Shown here in pieces: positions 14,151-28,311 of a DNA stretch of 64,000 nucleotides. Made by a program: the position numbers and the translations under genes. Source of the DNA: Camelus dromedarius (taxonomy: Eukaryota); the NCBI RefSeq assembly GCF_036321535.1, contig NC_087436.1, positions 54,810,001 through 54,874,000 on the forward strand. The letters are read 5' to 3'. The notes under the pieces are model-generated. The model searched no databases and had not been told where the DNA came from. It saw only the letters and a list, made by a program, of their open reading frames with translations. Position 1 is the first letter of the stretch. Each line of letters starts with the position of its first letter.

Positions 14151-14319
14151 AGCCATGGCAGACATTTATTTTCTCTTTTGGAGGATCAAACAACTAGATC
14201 ATAAGTTGGGTACAGGGTCATCAATTTTACCTGAGGCTGGTAAGTCCAGAAAATGGGGAAGGAAAAGCACAGGAGCTTAAAATGTAAGGTAACCCACATG
14301 CCAAGAAATGGCAACTACA

Positions 14320-14840
14320 GAATCTGTTATTGTAAATAACAGAAACACACCAAAGGGAATTTATGGGTATATGCAACAGGAAAGGTAGAGGTCTATCTAG
14401 CTTCAGACACACTGAATCCATCTGCTCAAATAATGACTGCAGAAAAAGCTATGGTTCATCATCTCCTGTCTCTGTTTTTATGTGTGTGATTTTATTTTTC
14501 ATATGAAGTGACACAGATTGCCAACAGCATCTCCAAGATCATATTCTACCAGCCAAGTGATCCCAATGAGATAGTCTTTCTTTCTCAGTAATTTCCATAA
14601 TAAAGCCTCCTTTAAATCCAGGTCATCTACCCATCCTTGCACCAATCACCATGATCTGGAAAATGGAATACCCTCCTTGTCCTGGCTCACATGCCCAGCC
14701 CTCAATAGGCATGGGGTTAGGCTTTTCTGAATCACACTGGCTCAACATTATTGAGGTTACAAAAGTAGTTCACTGAGGGAAAATCAGGATGATGTTATTG
14801 GAAGAAGTAAAAATGTATGCTAGGTGAGAGACAGGCAAGT
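14320..14840 (-). mobile_element. Old MLT1 (K/L-like) MaLR LTR
   Basis: AATAACAGAAAC...AAAGGGAATTTATGGG...CTAGCTTCAGACAC...GGTCATCTACCCATCCTTGCACCAATCAC...GGGAAAATCAGG. Confidence 0.65.
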
Positions 14841-14959
14841 GAGGGATTATGATGACAATCAGGTTACTGAGAATCAGACAAGGACTAAAAGAAATTAACA
14901 GCTGGAAGATAGATTCCAAAGAGATTTGTAAAAACAAGTCCAAAGTTAGGATAAAAGGT

Positions 14960-15088
14960 TGTATCTGGAATCTCCACCCAAGATCTACTGAATCTGAACC
15001 AGATGCTCCAGGGTTGCATCCTATTGATGTGCATTTTAAAAATAAGAATACCAGGATTCTTCAGCACTCTAAAGTATGAGAACCACTG
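14960..15088. mobile_element. MER5A-like hAT-Charlie fragment
   Basis: AGATCTACTGAATCTGAA...TGCATTTTAA...AAAGTATGAGAACCACTG (MER5 terminal inverted repeat). Confidence 0.7.
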
Positions 15089-15616
15089 ATTTAAAATTAT
15101 AACCATGGGAAAGCCTGAGTCTCTCAATAATTCAATGTGTAGAGTTTCTCTGAGTTGCGAATTTATATGCTTTTTATGCCATTTATTATCTGAAGAAAGA
15201 AAATAACTTGAACACAAAATGGAACCTACCACATAATATTGATTTTTTTTTAAATGTTGGTACTTCTATTAGTGCATTTGTTTGTAGAGAAAAATCAGCT
15301 AAATCGATTTACTATCAGTAAGACCTCTTGGTGATTCTGCTTCAACCTCCAAACTCTCAGATTTTCTTCACACAGAAGCTTACAGCAAATGAATTGAGTT
15401 CTTGAAAACGGGGGTGAAAACTTGAAAATGAATACCCATGAGTGTCTTTGAACATGAATAAATTGCAAGGTTTTGCTATGACTCTGAATTTCTTACTCTG
15501 CTTAGACTAGAGTTAAGTGTTTAGCATTCCCTCAGTGTCAAGTGTGTTGCAAATCCTGGATTAAGTTTTATTGCAGAAACAGTTCATCTTCGGTTATCGT
15601 GAAGTCTTTTGAGATT

Positions 15617-15635
15617 CAGCCAGCAGGTGTCAGTA
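15617..15635 (+). promoter_or_regulatory. Candidate CTCF binding site
   Basis: CAGCCAGCAGGTGTCAGTA is close to the CTCF core CCASYAGRKGGCRS and lies in non-repeat sequence. Motif match only. Confidence 0.4.
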
Positions 15636-18600
15636 AGACTTGCAAAACAATAGGGTTTCGCAGTCCAGTGATTTTGTTCATTCAGTCTCTAGGAGCAAAT
15701 TAATAGTATTTGGTTATATCTTTTTTTGTTCCAGGAAAAGAGATGCAGTCCATTGACAGACCCATTGAACACTGACAGAATTTAATTTTTTTCCCCCTCC
15801 ATGGCAAGGGCTTGCTTCACCACACTTTTTGATATGGGCTGGTTTTTAATTTCCAAGAACTGAGTACCTCAAGATTCATAGTGAATGAGGTGGTTTATTC
15901 CACCCAGAAAGAAAAGGATACATCTGAAGCAAGTGATAAGGAGGTAGGGTATCTTACCAATTATATACAATCTACTATGAAATGTCAGTTAATAAAAAAT
16001 AAGTAGAGAAGTTGAGTACTCTCAGACTATTTATAACATCGCCAAAAACAATATGCTGGGACAATTTTGAAATTTTAAAAAATGAGGTCGTTTTTTAACT
16101 AATCATCCAAAGTTTTGTGTTAGTATTCTCACTTATCATTATTAGCATTGTTATTATTATTGTTGTCTTCATCGTTTTTTACTCTGCTATTGTTACTTAC
16201 AAGGCAAACATAAATCCATTTGACCCTTATACTAAGTCACCTAAATACCTCAGTGTATTTTTCCTATTTCACATAAACCTTGAATTAAAATCTGAAATTA
16301 CATTTGTCACAGTAAAACAATGATAACATTATCAAAAGGTATTCTATTTCCTATAGTTCTGGGTAGAAAAGAGATTTTGAAAAATGTACTCTCACCTTTC
16401 TGAGGATTGCTCTAATAGTTACTGTGTTCTGGTAAATTCTTTGGTTTAATTCCTATTTCACTCTAAGTTTCCTCAAAAGTAGATATTTCAAGCACTTGGT
16501 GTAGCCAGCCTATCTAGTTAAAGTCTGACCAAGGTCACAAAGTCTGTTGACTCATATGGCAATTCCTGTGTAGAACACAAAATTCTACATCATCTTTGAA
16601 TGAAATCCAATAGAGCAAGATCCCAGCTGTCCTAGTATCTGTTGAAAACATAAGACTGACCTAGTTTAAAATGGTTTCCAGCATTGTTTTGGAGAGCATT
16701 TTGTTTTTCAAGACTGCCAAGAAGAATAAAGATTTCTTTTAGAAAATTTGAAGAACAAAACACCAAGATGAAAAAGAGACAGCAGCCATTGAAATTTTGA
16801 CCTGCAATTCTCAAGATTTTCTTTTATTTGCCTCAATGTTTATAATATTTAAAAAGAAGCAGCAATAGGAACTGCTAATTTTGTACAGAAATTCCTATTT
16901 ATGAACAATCCAAAAGACTGTATAGAGCTTTTCTTCCCAGAATAACAAGCGGTAAGCTACAATGGCCAGATTGTATTGTTCCTATGCCTCAGCAAGGCGA
17001 AGTCTCTGACAGCTATTGCCAGACATATAGCACTAACATACATCTTTTTTCCTTCTTCAAATAAAACAAGTTTCTAGAAATTGAAATAGGAAACATTTAT
17101 TGTATAAAGAGAGGTGTTGGGTAGGGAGAAAGGTTAAAACAGCTTTGAATGCTCTATAAACTAGGTCTAGTGTTATAAGGGGGTGACATTCCCCCGTGGC
17201 CACAAAAAAGTCTGGATCTGTTGGGGGGTGAGTGAGTGCAGTACTGGTGAGTGAACAGAAATGTATTGTGGTTTTTCTTTGTGTGCACTTGCTGTTTTGC
17301 TCAAGGCTTCTTTAGAACTTTGATTAGTGAACATTCTATTGATATTTGTCAGGTTTTGCTAGATTAAAAAGAATAGTTCCAGTGCTATTATTTTGTGTTG
17401 TGTTTCGGTGGGAGTGTGAGGAGAGGTCAGTCAGGCATCCCTAACTTTCTGTCATTTAACTCAAAAGGCCCTCATCACCATCACTATGATGTCTTCATTC
17501 TGAGTCATTAGTGAGTACTTTTCCACTTAGGGCTTTTCAGTGCAACCCACTCAAATGTATTTCTAGTGCCTATCATAGTGCCCAGGACAGAGCAGATAAT
17601 GAAAAAATATGAAAAGAGTCAATAAACTAATTTTTTAGGAGCTAGCAAACTGTTGCTAGGTATTAATGATACAAAATAAATAATATTTTTCATTTGTCAT
17701 TTTTCATCAATTCAGTTGGGACATCTGGTAGAAATAATTCAAGGCAGACACTGTTAATACATAGGACTGGCAGAGTGCACATGCACATCTGAATGATAAG
17801 TATTGAACAGAACTGTAACAAGAAAATGTTGAACATTTAGCTTATATGTAACATAAATACAGTTTCCTTTTGGGCTATGAATAATAAAAGAACAAGTGGA
17901 GTTCAAAGTTTGGTATGAGTGGATGAGTAGAACCCCAGGTAACAAAAAGTGATATTGTCAAGAAGGAAACCATACTTTGATAGTATATAAGAGAGAAATT
18001 GGATCACAGATTGAACTTTGGTTATACTCAAACTGTGAAGTTGGAACATGACCTGGGAATATCACTAGATTTATCACTTTTGATGGTTTTCAGATTGCTT
18101 AGGAGGCCAGGATGCCCTTTTAAACTCTCCATCTGACTGACTGTCTGCATTCTTTCCTACAGGGCACAGGCTCTGCTACAGTGATCCCTGCATTTATCAT
18201 GTTCAGATGTGTCTATTTCAATGCGTTTTTCTGAAACAAGAGGAGAAAACCATGTGGAGATTGCAGCTGGTACCAAATGCAGTGCCTCATCTCATGATAT
18301 AAAACAATCTTCAAGAGAACATTACTCAGTCTCCCATGTACCCCAAGAGAAAATATCCCTCAGGGAAGATTATCTAGCTCACTGCATGGATATCCAGTTG
18401 AAAATTTTTCCAAAGGGATATGTAAAATGCCCCACAAACATCCTTAAATATTATACATAGCACACAGGTCACTTTCAAGAGAACTATAACTTATCTGAAC
18501 ATTTTGTTATTAAAAATGCCTATATTTGAAATATCATTTAAGAAAGAATCAGTTTTTATATTAATATTTTCCTTGACTATAGACATATGTCCTTTCTATC

Positions 18601-18669
18601 ATAATGCATTTTGGTTCTAATATGCATTTGTGACTTTGGCTTACAGAATGTAGTTGTAACTTGCTCTTT

Positions 18670-18900
18670 TTTCATTTACTCAATAAATAATTATCAAGTA
18701 CATCCACCTTTAAGTAAGCCTACTATACTCCATAAAAGATACAAAACTGTTTAACACACAAAAACAAATAGACTCTCCAGGGGCTTGTAGGGCAGAACAG
18801 AAAACAAGAAAAATCACACAGATCTTTTTATAATAAAAGATATAAAGCAGTAAGTTCCCTGTGAAAAGTGTTAATCAGTCATTCTTAGTTCAACGAGAGA
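18670..18900 (-). mobile_element. L2 3'-end relic
   Basis: TTCATTTACTCAATAAATAATTATCAAGTAC...CTCCAGGGGCTTGTAG. Confidence 0.45.
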
Positions 18901-20327
18901 GGGTGGTGAAACTTTCTAAAGATTTTTCTTGTAAAATCTCACAGATTGAATTCCTTAAAATATGATGAATTTGAAATCAACTCAAGAATTAACTGAAGTT
19001 GAGTACCAGTAAACGTAACAGTCCCTTACAGGCAGTGAGGCATATACGTTTATATTTAACTGGCAAAAGTTACTTGATTGAAAATCTGTCAATCACTGAA
19101 TGAATGGCAAACTCAATCACCCGAGTGAATGATGTAGCATTTGATGAAGGGTATTGTTATTAAAATACCTGGAAAAAGAATTAACTATGAATAAATCAGT
19201 TAGTTGGCTGGGAACAGACTCTCCAAATTTATGTAGCAGGTACAAATATCTGTTTTATAAACTTGCTTATTTTCTATAACTCAATTAAATTTCTTTCAAT
19301 ATGGCAGAAACATAATTTAATTTATGATATATCCAACCCCTTCTTATTTTCCTAAAGTAGTGTTAAAATTTGAGAAATCCTACATAGGACAAGGCATTGG
19401 AGGAACTCATTGGGTCCTCAGTGTCCTCCTCCTCTGTGGGTGAGATCCAGTGCTTTATCTGGACCCATTTACCAATCCATGTATATTGCCATGTAGGCAT
19501 CTGATATCCCTGTTTCTTCTTCCTCTATTTCCTGTACTTCCATGCCATATTCATAGGCACAAGAATCATGTTGCTACATATTGCTATAACCATGCAAATT
19601 TAAGGCACAGATTTCCCAGGAAGGTGGTCTAAGGGCTTGCCTCCCCCACCTCCAACCCCCAACTTCCATGGTGCTGTCTGGGAAGTAAAGCTCAGAATCT
19701 CTTTGTCTAGGAGGGAACCACCCATTTCAGTATCCTGTCCTCATCATGTCTCATCTCTCACTAGCTTCTTTTACAAAGGAAAATTTTCTATTTGTGTGAG
19801 TGTGGAGATCCCTCTCTTCAATCTACTCCCCTTAAATATTTATTGTATACATAGTATCTTTCCATTTATTGAGAGAACTAGTCTCTTGGAAGACAATACG
19901 CAGGACAAGTCTCTTTTCTGCCTTCTCTCATTTTCCCGTGAAATACTGAGAAGCAAAAGGCCTAGCAACTTGATATGTGGAATAAAGCAAAGTAAAAGGA
20001 GGAATATCTAAGAAAAAAAAAAAAAAACCACAGTGAATAATATGTCAAATATGGTTATTCTTACATTTATGTATATTATGATCACCTCATGACTTTTTGA
20101 ATAAATAAAAATCAAATATATAATAAAACCATGAAAATGGAATAACATATCAGAACATATATTCATTATTTTAACATTAATCCTCAAATGAAAATTTAAG
20201 GCACCGTTTCTAGTGGCTCAGGATGCAAAAACTCTCTTTTTATTTTTAGATGCTTATGACCTATTGGGGATGACAACACACAAATAAGAGTACAAAGTAT
20301 TACAGATTATGAAACTATGTAAAAAGT

Positions 20328-20706
20328 AGGCTGAAATCAAGGTGATGACCAGGGCAAGGGATTCATCTAAAACTCAAATAGGAAAGGATCCACTTTCAGG
20401 TTCAAAAGGTGGTTGGCAGGATTTAGTTCTTTATGATTGTCAGGCCGTGGCCTCAGGCCCTTGCTGATTTCTGGCCAGAGGCCATTCTCAGTTCCTTATC
20501 ATGTGGGCCTTTTCAAACACTGGCTTACTTCATCAAAACCAGCAAGGGAGAGAGTCAATAAAGTCCACTAGCAAGACAGAAACTACAGTCTTAATAGCGA
20601 CTTTCCAGCCTTTTGCCTATTCTGCTGTTTAGCGACAAGTAGTGAGTCCCTTCTGTACTCAAGGGGAAGGGTGAGAATGCCAAGAGGTAGCAATATTATG
20701 GACATA
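20328..20706 (-). mobile_element. MLT1E/F-like MaLR LTR
   Basis: AGGCTGAAATCAAGGTG...GTTGGCAGGATTTAGTTC...GGCTTACTTCATCAAAACCAGCAAGGG...ACTCAAGGGGAAGGG. Confidence 0.75.
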
Positions 20707-20721
20707 CAGCACGGTTGAAAA

Positions 20722-20955
20722 GCATGTGACTAAGAGCATTAAACTCTGGAGCCAGAAAACTTGGGTTCAAATCCCAGCGCTGCCCCTTATTAGCTGTGTA
20801 CCTGACTTTAGGTTAGCTTTGTAAGGAAACTGTATCCAATTTCCCTATCTATAAAATAGAAAAAATAATCACACTCACCCTGTAGGATTATTGCGAGGAC
20901 TGAATGAGTTCAGCTGTTTCAGCAGTAGGGAAGTCTCGCTAAACGTCTGTTACTG
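20722..20955 (+). mobile_element. MIR SINE
   Basis: CTCTGGAGCCAGA...TGGGTTCAAATCCCAGC...TAGCTGTGT...TTTCCCTATCTATAAAATAG...AGGATTATTGCGAGGACTGAATGAG. Confidence 0.8.
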
Positions 20956-21344
20956 TATTTTGCAAATAACACGGCAAAAACAAATGTATTTATCACCCAG
21001 CTAGACGTTGGGTCATCCACTCAAGGGCATGTTTGTGTTTGCAGAGACAAGAATATCAAGAATCACTGCTTCACAGAAAGAAGCAGACATACAGATCTGT
21101 CTGTCCCTGGCTCTCCTCGTGGGGAACAGGGTGTGGAGAGAATTTCACCCATCCTGAGAGTCCTTACACCAAAATAAGGATGCATGATGGAGCTGAGTCA
21201 CACGTACTCTATTTCTTTTCTTAGGTAAAGGGAGAAGAGTCCTCATATTTTGTTTCCCTTCTGAAAAATGAAAATTTTCATGTTTCTGTGGAACCAAGAG
21301 GAACAAGACTCTTGTGGTATCCTCAACTCCCACCTCCTCTATAC

Positions 21345-21780
21345 ATACCATGACCTATAAGTTCCTGCACAAATCTGGCTCTGTCCATTCTCCAACACCA
21401 TGTCAATACCTTTCTTACCTCACTCATTGTCCCTAGCAACTGACCTCTTCTCTGTTTCCCGAAGAAACCAGCACCTTTTCTGCCTTAGGACCTCACATGT
21501 GCTCTTTCTTCTGACTGAATACTTTCCCCACGTCTCTTCACACTGTCATTGTTCAGTCTCAACTTCAATGTCCTCCTCAGGGAGGACTCTGCTGAGAGCA
21601 GTCTCAACTCTCCCACAAAGCTGTCTAGTACATAACTCTCTCTTCTCTAATTTCTTTACTTTCTTCCCTTATTAGAATGCAAGCTCCATGATTGCCAAAT
21701 TCTTTTCTCTTTAGTTTTCTGCATTATTAGCATCACCTAGTGTAGTCTCTGGTAATAAAAATTTGTTGAATAAATGAATG
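21345..21780 (+). mobile_element. L2 LINE 3' end
   Basis: CTGCCTTAGGACC...TCCTCAGGGAGG...TTAGAATGCAAGCTCCATGA...AATTTGTTGAATAAATGAATG tail. Confidence 0.8.
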
Positions 21781-22286
21781 AGATAGATGCAAAGATATGA
21801 TTGCTGAACTCAACTACATCTTTACAAAGGAGTAGAAAAGCCATTTTAGCCATTTTAAACTTCCAATATTTTAAAATGAAATACAGTGCACAAAAAGGTC
21901 ACATAAAAGGTATTTTTTTCTATAACAATGATCTAATGCAATATCTTATTCTTCATATGGAAAACATTTAAATAAGTGATAAGTTAATTGAATTAATTTT
22001 ATTCAGAGGGTTAGAAATGAAGATTTATCAATTCATATAAGTAGTTCATACATTAGGCAGAGTTTAACAATTAGCTATTAATCATGAGCTCATTGGTTTT
22101 GAAATAACTAGTTGATCTGATTATTCTCAGCTGGACTATCTGTTGGAATACTACATTCTGCATGCTCAGCCCTGGACTGCCAATAAAAATCATGTTTCCA
22201 ATATCATGGGAAAATTCTTACAATATACAGTACTGCTAAGCACAAAAAGTAGTACACAAGTCTATACACTCTGTGAACTCAAATTT

Positions 22287-25200
22287 CTTAACATTTTTTA
22301 TTGACTTATAATCATTTTACAATGTTGTGTCAAATTCCTGTGTAGAGCCCAGTTTTTCAATTATTACATGAACATATATATATTCATTGTCACATTTCTT
22401 TCTCTGTGAGCTACCATAAGATCTTGTATATATTTCCCTGTGCTATACAGCATGATCTTGTTTATCTATTCTACAATTCTGAAATCCCAGTCTATCCTTT
22501 CCCACCCTCCACCTCCTTGGCAACCACAAGTTTGTATTCTATGTCTATGAGTCTATTTCTGTTTTGTATTTATGCTTTGTTTGTTTGTTTGTTTGTTTTT
22601 TAGATTCCACATATGAGCGATCTCAAATGGTATTTTTCTTTCTCTTTCTGGCTTACTTCACTTGGAATGACATTCTCCAGGAGCATCCATGTTGCTGCAA
22701 ATAGCGTCATGTCAGTTTTTATGACTGAATAGTATTCCATGTATAAATATACCACTTCTTCTTTATCCAGTCTTCTGTTGATGGACAGTTGGGCTGTCTC
22801 CATGTCTTGGCTATTGCAAATAGTGCTGCTATGAACATTGGGGTGCAGGTGTCATCCTGAAGTAGGATTCCTTCTGAATATATGCCCAGGAGCGGGATTC
22901 CTAGGTCATATGGTAAGTCTATTCCTAGTCTTTTGAGGAATCTCCATACTGTTTTCCACAGTGGCTGCACCAAACTGCATTCCCACCAGCAGTGTAGGAG
23001 GATTCCCCTTTCTCCACAGCCTCTCCAGCATTTGTCATTTGTGGATTTTTGAATGACGGCCATTCTGACTGGTGTGAGGTGATACCTCATTGTAGTTTTG
23101 ATTTGCATTTCTCTGATAATTAGTGATATTGAGCATTTTTTCATGTGTCTATTGATCATTTGTATGTCTTCCTTGGAGAATTGCTTGTTTAGGTCTTTTG
23201 CCCATTTTTGGATTGGGTTGTTTGGTTGTTTCTTATTAAGTCATATGAGCTGCTTATATATTGTAGAGATCAAGCCTTTGTTGGTTTCATTTGCAAAAAT
23301 TTTTTCCCATTACGTAGGTTGCCTTTTTGTTTTACTTATGGTTTCCTTTGCTGTGCAGAAGCTTGTAAATTTCACTAGGTCCCATTGGTTTATTCTTGCT
23401 TTTTTTCTATTCCTTGAGTAGACTGTTCTAGGAGAACATTTTTGAGATGTATGTCAGATAATGTTTTGCCTATATTTTCTTCTAGGAGGTTTATTGTATC
23501 TTGTCTTATGTTTAAGTCTTTGATCCATTTTGAGTTTATTTTTGTGTATGGTGTAAGGGAGTGTTCTAGCTTCATTGTTTTACATGCTGCTGTCCAGTTT
23601 TCCCAACACCATTTGCTGAAGAGACGGTCTTTATTCCATTGTATATTCTTGCCTCCTTTGTCGAAGATTAGTAGACCAAAAGTTTGTGGGTTCATTTCTG
23701 GGCTCTCTATTCTGTTCCATTGGTGTATATGTCTGTTTTGGTACCAATACCACGCTATCTTGATGACTGTAGCTCTATAGTATTGTCTGAAGTCTGGGAG
23801 AGTTATTCCTCCAGCCTCTTTCTTTCTCTTCAGTAATTCTTTGGCAATTCTAGGTCTTTGATGTTTCCATATAAACTTTATTATGATTTGTTCTAGTTCT
23901 GTGAAATATGTCCTGGGTAATTGGATAGGGACTGCATTAAATCTGTAGATTGCCTTGGGCAGTGTGACCATTTTAACAATATTGATTCTTCCAATCCAAG
24001 AGCATGGGATATCTTTCCATTTTTTAAAGTCTTCTTTAATTTCCTTCATCAGTGATTTATAGTTTTCTGTGTATAATTCTTTCACCTCCTTAGTTAGATT
24101 TGTTCCTATGTATTTTATTATTTTGGGTGCTATTTTAAAGGGGTTGTTTCTTTACTTTCTTTTTCTGTTGATTCATTGTTAGTGTAAAGAAATGCAACTG
24201 ATTTTTGAACGTTAATGTTCTTACCTGCTACCTTGCTGAATTCTTCGATCAGCTCTAGTAGTTTTTGTGTGAACCTTTTAGGGTTTTCTATATATAGTAA
24301 CATGTCGTTGGCATATAGTGACACTTTTACCTCTTCTTTTCCAATTTGGATCCCTTTTATTTCTCTCTTGCCTGACTGCTGTGGCTAGGACTTTCAAGAC
24401 TATGTTTAATAGGAGTGGTGATAGTGGGCATCCTTGTCTTGTCCCAGATTTTAGTGGGAAGCTTTTGAGTTTTTCACCGTTGAGTACTATGCTGGCTGTA
24501 GGTCTGTCATATATAGCTTTTATTATGTTGAGATCCGTTCCCTCCATACCCACTTTGGTGAGAGTTTTTATCATAAATGGGTGTTGAATTTTATCAAATG
24601 CTTTTTCTGCCTATTGAGATGATCATATGGTTTTTGTCTTTTCTCTTGTTGATGTGATGTATTACACTGACTGATTTGCATATGTTGAACCACCCTTGTG
24701 TCCCTGGGATAAACCCCACTTGGTCATGATGTATAATCTTTTTTATGTGGTGTTGGACTCTATTTGCTAAAATTTTGATGAGGATTTTGGCATCTATGTT
24801 CATCAGTGATATTGGCCTATAATTCTCTTTTTTTGTAGTGTCTTTGCCTGGTTTTGGTATCAGGGTGATGGTGGCTTCATAGAATGAGTTTGGGAGTATT
24901 CCCTCCTTTTCAATCATCTGGAAGAGTTTGAGAAGGACTGGTATGAGTTCTTTGTATGTTTGGTAGAATTCCCTGGTGAAGCTGTCTGGTCCTGGACTTT
25001 TATTTGTAGGGAGGTTTTTAATTGCTATTTCTATTTCCTTTCTAGTGATCGGATTGTTCAAGTGGTCAGTTACTTCTTGATTCAGTCTTGGTGGACTGTA
25101 TGTTTCCAGAAACTTGTCCATCTCCTCTAGGTTATCCAGTTTGGTTCCACATAGTTTTTCATAATATTCTCATATGATATTCTGTATTTCTATTTTATTT

Positions 25201-25998
25201 GCTGTAATTTCTCCATTTTCCTTTCTTATTTTGCTAATTTATGATCTCTCTTTTTTCTTCTTTGTGAGTTTGGCCAGAAGTTTGTTGATTTTATTTACTT
25301 TCTCAAAAAACCAGCTTTTGGTTTGATTGATTTTTTCTATGGTTTTTTAAATCTCTATTTTATTTATTTCCTCCCTGATCTTTATAATTTCCTTCCTTCT
25401 GCTGCCTTTTGGGTTTTTTATTCTTTTTCTAGTTCTTTTAGCTGGTGGGTTAAATTGTTTATTTGAGACTGTTGTTCTTTTTTGAGGAAGGCCTGTATCA
25501 CTATAAACTTCCCTCTTAGCACTGCCTTTGCTGTGTCCCATAAATTTTGTGTGGTTTTTGTGCTTTCATTTTTATTTGTCTCAAGGTATTTTTTAATTTC
25601 AGCTTTGATTTCCTCATTGACCCATTGGTTTTTTTAATAGCATATTGTTTAATCTCCACGCTTTCCTTTTTTTTCTCCTTTGTTTCTCTGTTGTTGATTT
25701 CTAGTTTCATGGCATTGTGGTCTGTAAAGATGCTTGAGATAATTTCTATCTTCTTAAAATTGTTGAGGTTTCTTTTGTGCCCAAGTACATGATCAATCCT
25801 AGAAAATGTTCCATGTGCACTTGAAAAGAATGTATATCCTATTTTTGGGGGGTGTAATGCTCTGAAAATATCCACCAAGTCTAATTTTTCTATTGTATTA
25901 TTTAATTTAGCTGTTGCCCTATTTATTTTCTGTCTGGAAGATCTGTCTAGTGATGTTAATGAGGTGTTAAAATCTCCAACTATGATTGTATTCCCATC
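22287..25998 (-). mobile_element. Young 5'-truncated LINE-1 (3.7 kb), from mid-endonuclease domain to 3'UTR, ORF2 disrupted
   Basis: Minus-strand ORF2 peptides ([64 protein letters not shown]). TSD TGAACTCAA(A/T)TTT at 22274-22286 and 25999-26011. Confidence 0.97.
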
Positions 25999-26011
25999 TG
26001 AACTCAATTTT

Positions 26012-26160
26012 TATAGAAAGAAAGATTCCTTAGAAGCATAACCAATTATTACAGTGAGTATTTCTATGGGGTATTTGGATTATGGGTAATTTTAGTTTCA
26101 TATAATCTGCTTTTATGCTTCTTCACATTCTTTCTACTTCAAATTACTTTTAATAAGGAA
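26012..26160 (+). mobile_element. Ancient L1ME-type 3' end (host of the young L1; left part probably ~22200-22286)
   Basis: ACAGTGAGTATTTCTATGGGGTATTTGGATTATGGGTAATTTT...ATTACTTTTAATAA resembles the L1ME 3' terminus. Confidence 0.55.
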
Positions 26161-28311
26161 ATTTTCTAATGCAACTGCAAAAAGTTTCTCTGTGTGTAAA
26201 CATCTTAATAGCTCAAAATCAATGAATAGTTGAAACCAATGTGGATTTAAGCATCACAGTCTTTTCAAAATGAAAAACAGGTATCAATCAGTTGCATTCA
26301 TTAAACTGCCAGGACAGGGAAAAATGGACTAACAATGGTTAAACAAAGTTTGAACAATAATTTCAAGAAGTGTTTCAAGCAGTGGGTGGTGCCTGTGTAA
26401 AAAACACCCTGCCAAGAGGAGCAGAGCAATCCCCTGATGCCACTTCAGAACAGAAAGAGCACTTAACAGGAGAGACCCCTGAGGACTATTATTATATTAA
26501 TGGCGAAACCCACCACTGAAGTCAGGTGGGAAGTTGGCCAGGACTCTGCTAAGTCTCAGGTTCTTGATGTAGCTGCCTTTAGACAATGATACATCTTCTG
26601 GAGTGTGTGCAGGCCAAGTTCACAGAATTTGGTGGGTGACTTTTTTTTTTTTTGACTTGTCGATTCCAGAGACTTAGTCTCCACATCAATTTAAAATTAC
26701 TTCTGAGCCTTCATATTTGTTAATTAATTTTCTAACATGTAGCACAAAGGAAGGAAAAAAACATTCTTTTTTTATAGCTCATTCAGTTTTACATTTTTTT
26801 CTCTGCCCTATCCCTGCTCTATTAACACAGACTCCTTCTATTTTATATAGCTGTAAAAACCAGCAGGCTTCTCTCTTAATCAGTGTTGGCTAGGTTCATT
26901 GCCTGAGGGTCTAGGTCGTTAATAACAAAGGTCATTAGTTGATGTTTCCAACATTCCGAGACTGTCAAATGATCCTCTCATTTAATCTCCCCATGATTAG
27001 AAACAGGCCCAAACTTGCAGTATTTAGTAATTTTATTTTCTGTTATAGGAAAGGTAAAAGGCTCCCTTTGGAAACAAAAGCTTCTTAAAACTAATAGCTG
27101 CTTCACAGTAGACTTGAAAGAATAACAGAGTATACGTAAAGACACTCAAAGCTGAAACAAGGGAGCAAATGCAAGGAATTGCTATCTGCTGCACTCCAGG
27201 TTTCTTCAAGGAGCTGAATTAAATCTAGCTATAGGCAGCCCCAACTTGCCCGCCCTTGTTACCTTACATCTTAGCGCATTGTCTGATTTCCAGCATTCTA
27301 ATTGAAAAGACTCTTTGTAGTAAAAAGCTCTGTTTGAGTCACTTTGAAATCACGATCCTCAGGTTTTCTTTCTGGCAAATGTTTCTTAGAGATCACTAAG
27401 CTTATTAAACAGTCCTGTGTTTGGAAGCTTCTGATGTTGGAACAGGCATAATCCAGACACCTTGGTATAAAAAATAGCAGTCAATTCCCCATGGACTCTT
27501 TGGAAAGAGGACATGTGCTGCTCATCCTCCCCTGACCTGTATCTTTGGAACCTCAATGCCATGTACGCAGGAAGTACCTGGTAAACATCTGTGGTGTCAG
27601 ATCATAATTACATAATTATTAGTAGTCACAAAACAGACTGTTCTCCTGCGTTTTTCTGTTCTTCAGTGCTCTTTACCTTATTTCCCTCAAGAACCCAAGG
27701 GAAGAATGAAAACTTACAAAGCATTAGGAAATTTTTAAAAAGGAAAAAATAGTTCTATTTGAGTGGAATTTAAATAATCTTTATGGAGATGAAGCATTTA
27801 TAAAGTCTGGACACCTAACAAAATCGTTCACAATTCATTTTTGAATGTTGAAAATGAGATTAAAGAATATAATTACAGGTTTGTTTCTCTATTCTTCCAA
27901 TACTTCATTCAGCATTATGTTATACAATGAGTACTGTCATATAATAATTGTGATTTTTAATGAAAAGTCTTGTTTTTCATAGTTATTTTTCAGTGCAGGA
28001 AAATTGCCTGTTTTATTTTTTTAATGTTCTTTGAAACAGCTAATACATGAGCCAGTTACAGGATTTAAAGCTCAACCTAATAAAAAAAATAATCGGTTTC
28101 ATCATAGGTGACCACCTTTGATCAAATACTGATTGTTTATCTCAGCTGAGTTAGCTGCTCCTGGAAATCTGCTTCTATTCTATATGGTCAGCATATCTTT
28201 GAGTATTCAGGGTCTCACTAACGCAAAACTGAGGCAGAGAATTCTCAAGTCACCTGCTTATTGATATATACCATCTTTTAATGAAGAGGATTTGTAGGAG
28301 AATAAGGAAAA

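Noticed and set aside
18130..18460. Strong 3' splice acceptor (CTGAC...TCTTTCCTACAG at 18162) next to an 83-aa ORF
   Set aside because: There is no convincing downstream donor and the peptide has no recognisable homology.
19370..20011. Possible ancient LTR and a 124-aa ORF
   Set aside because: I could not match a family or termini, and the ORF has a non-ATG start and no motifs.
27030..27060. Apparent 5-nt microexon (TTCTGTTATAG|GAAAG|GTAAAA)
   Set aside because: It is not frame-preserving, the donor is weak, and there is no host gene evidence.
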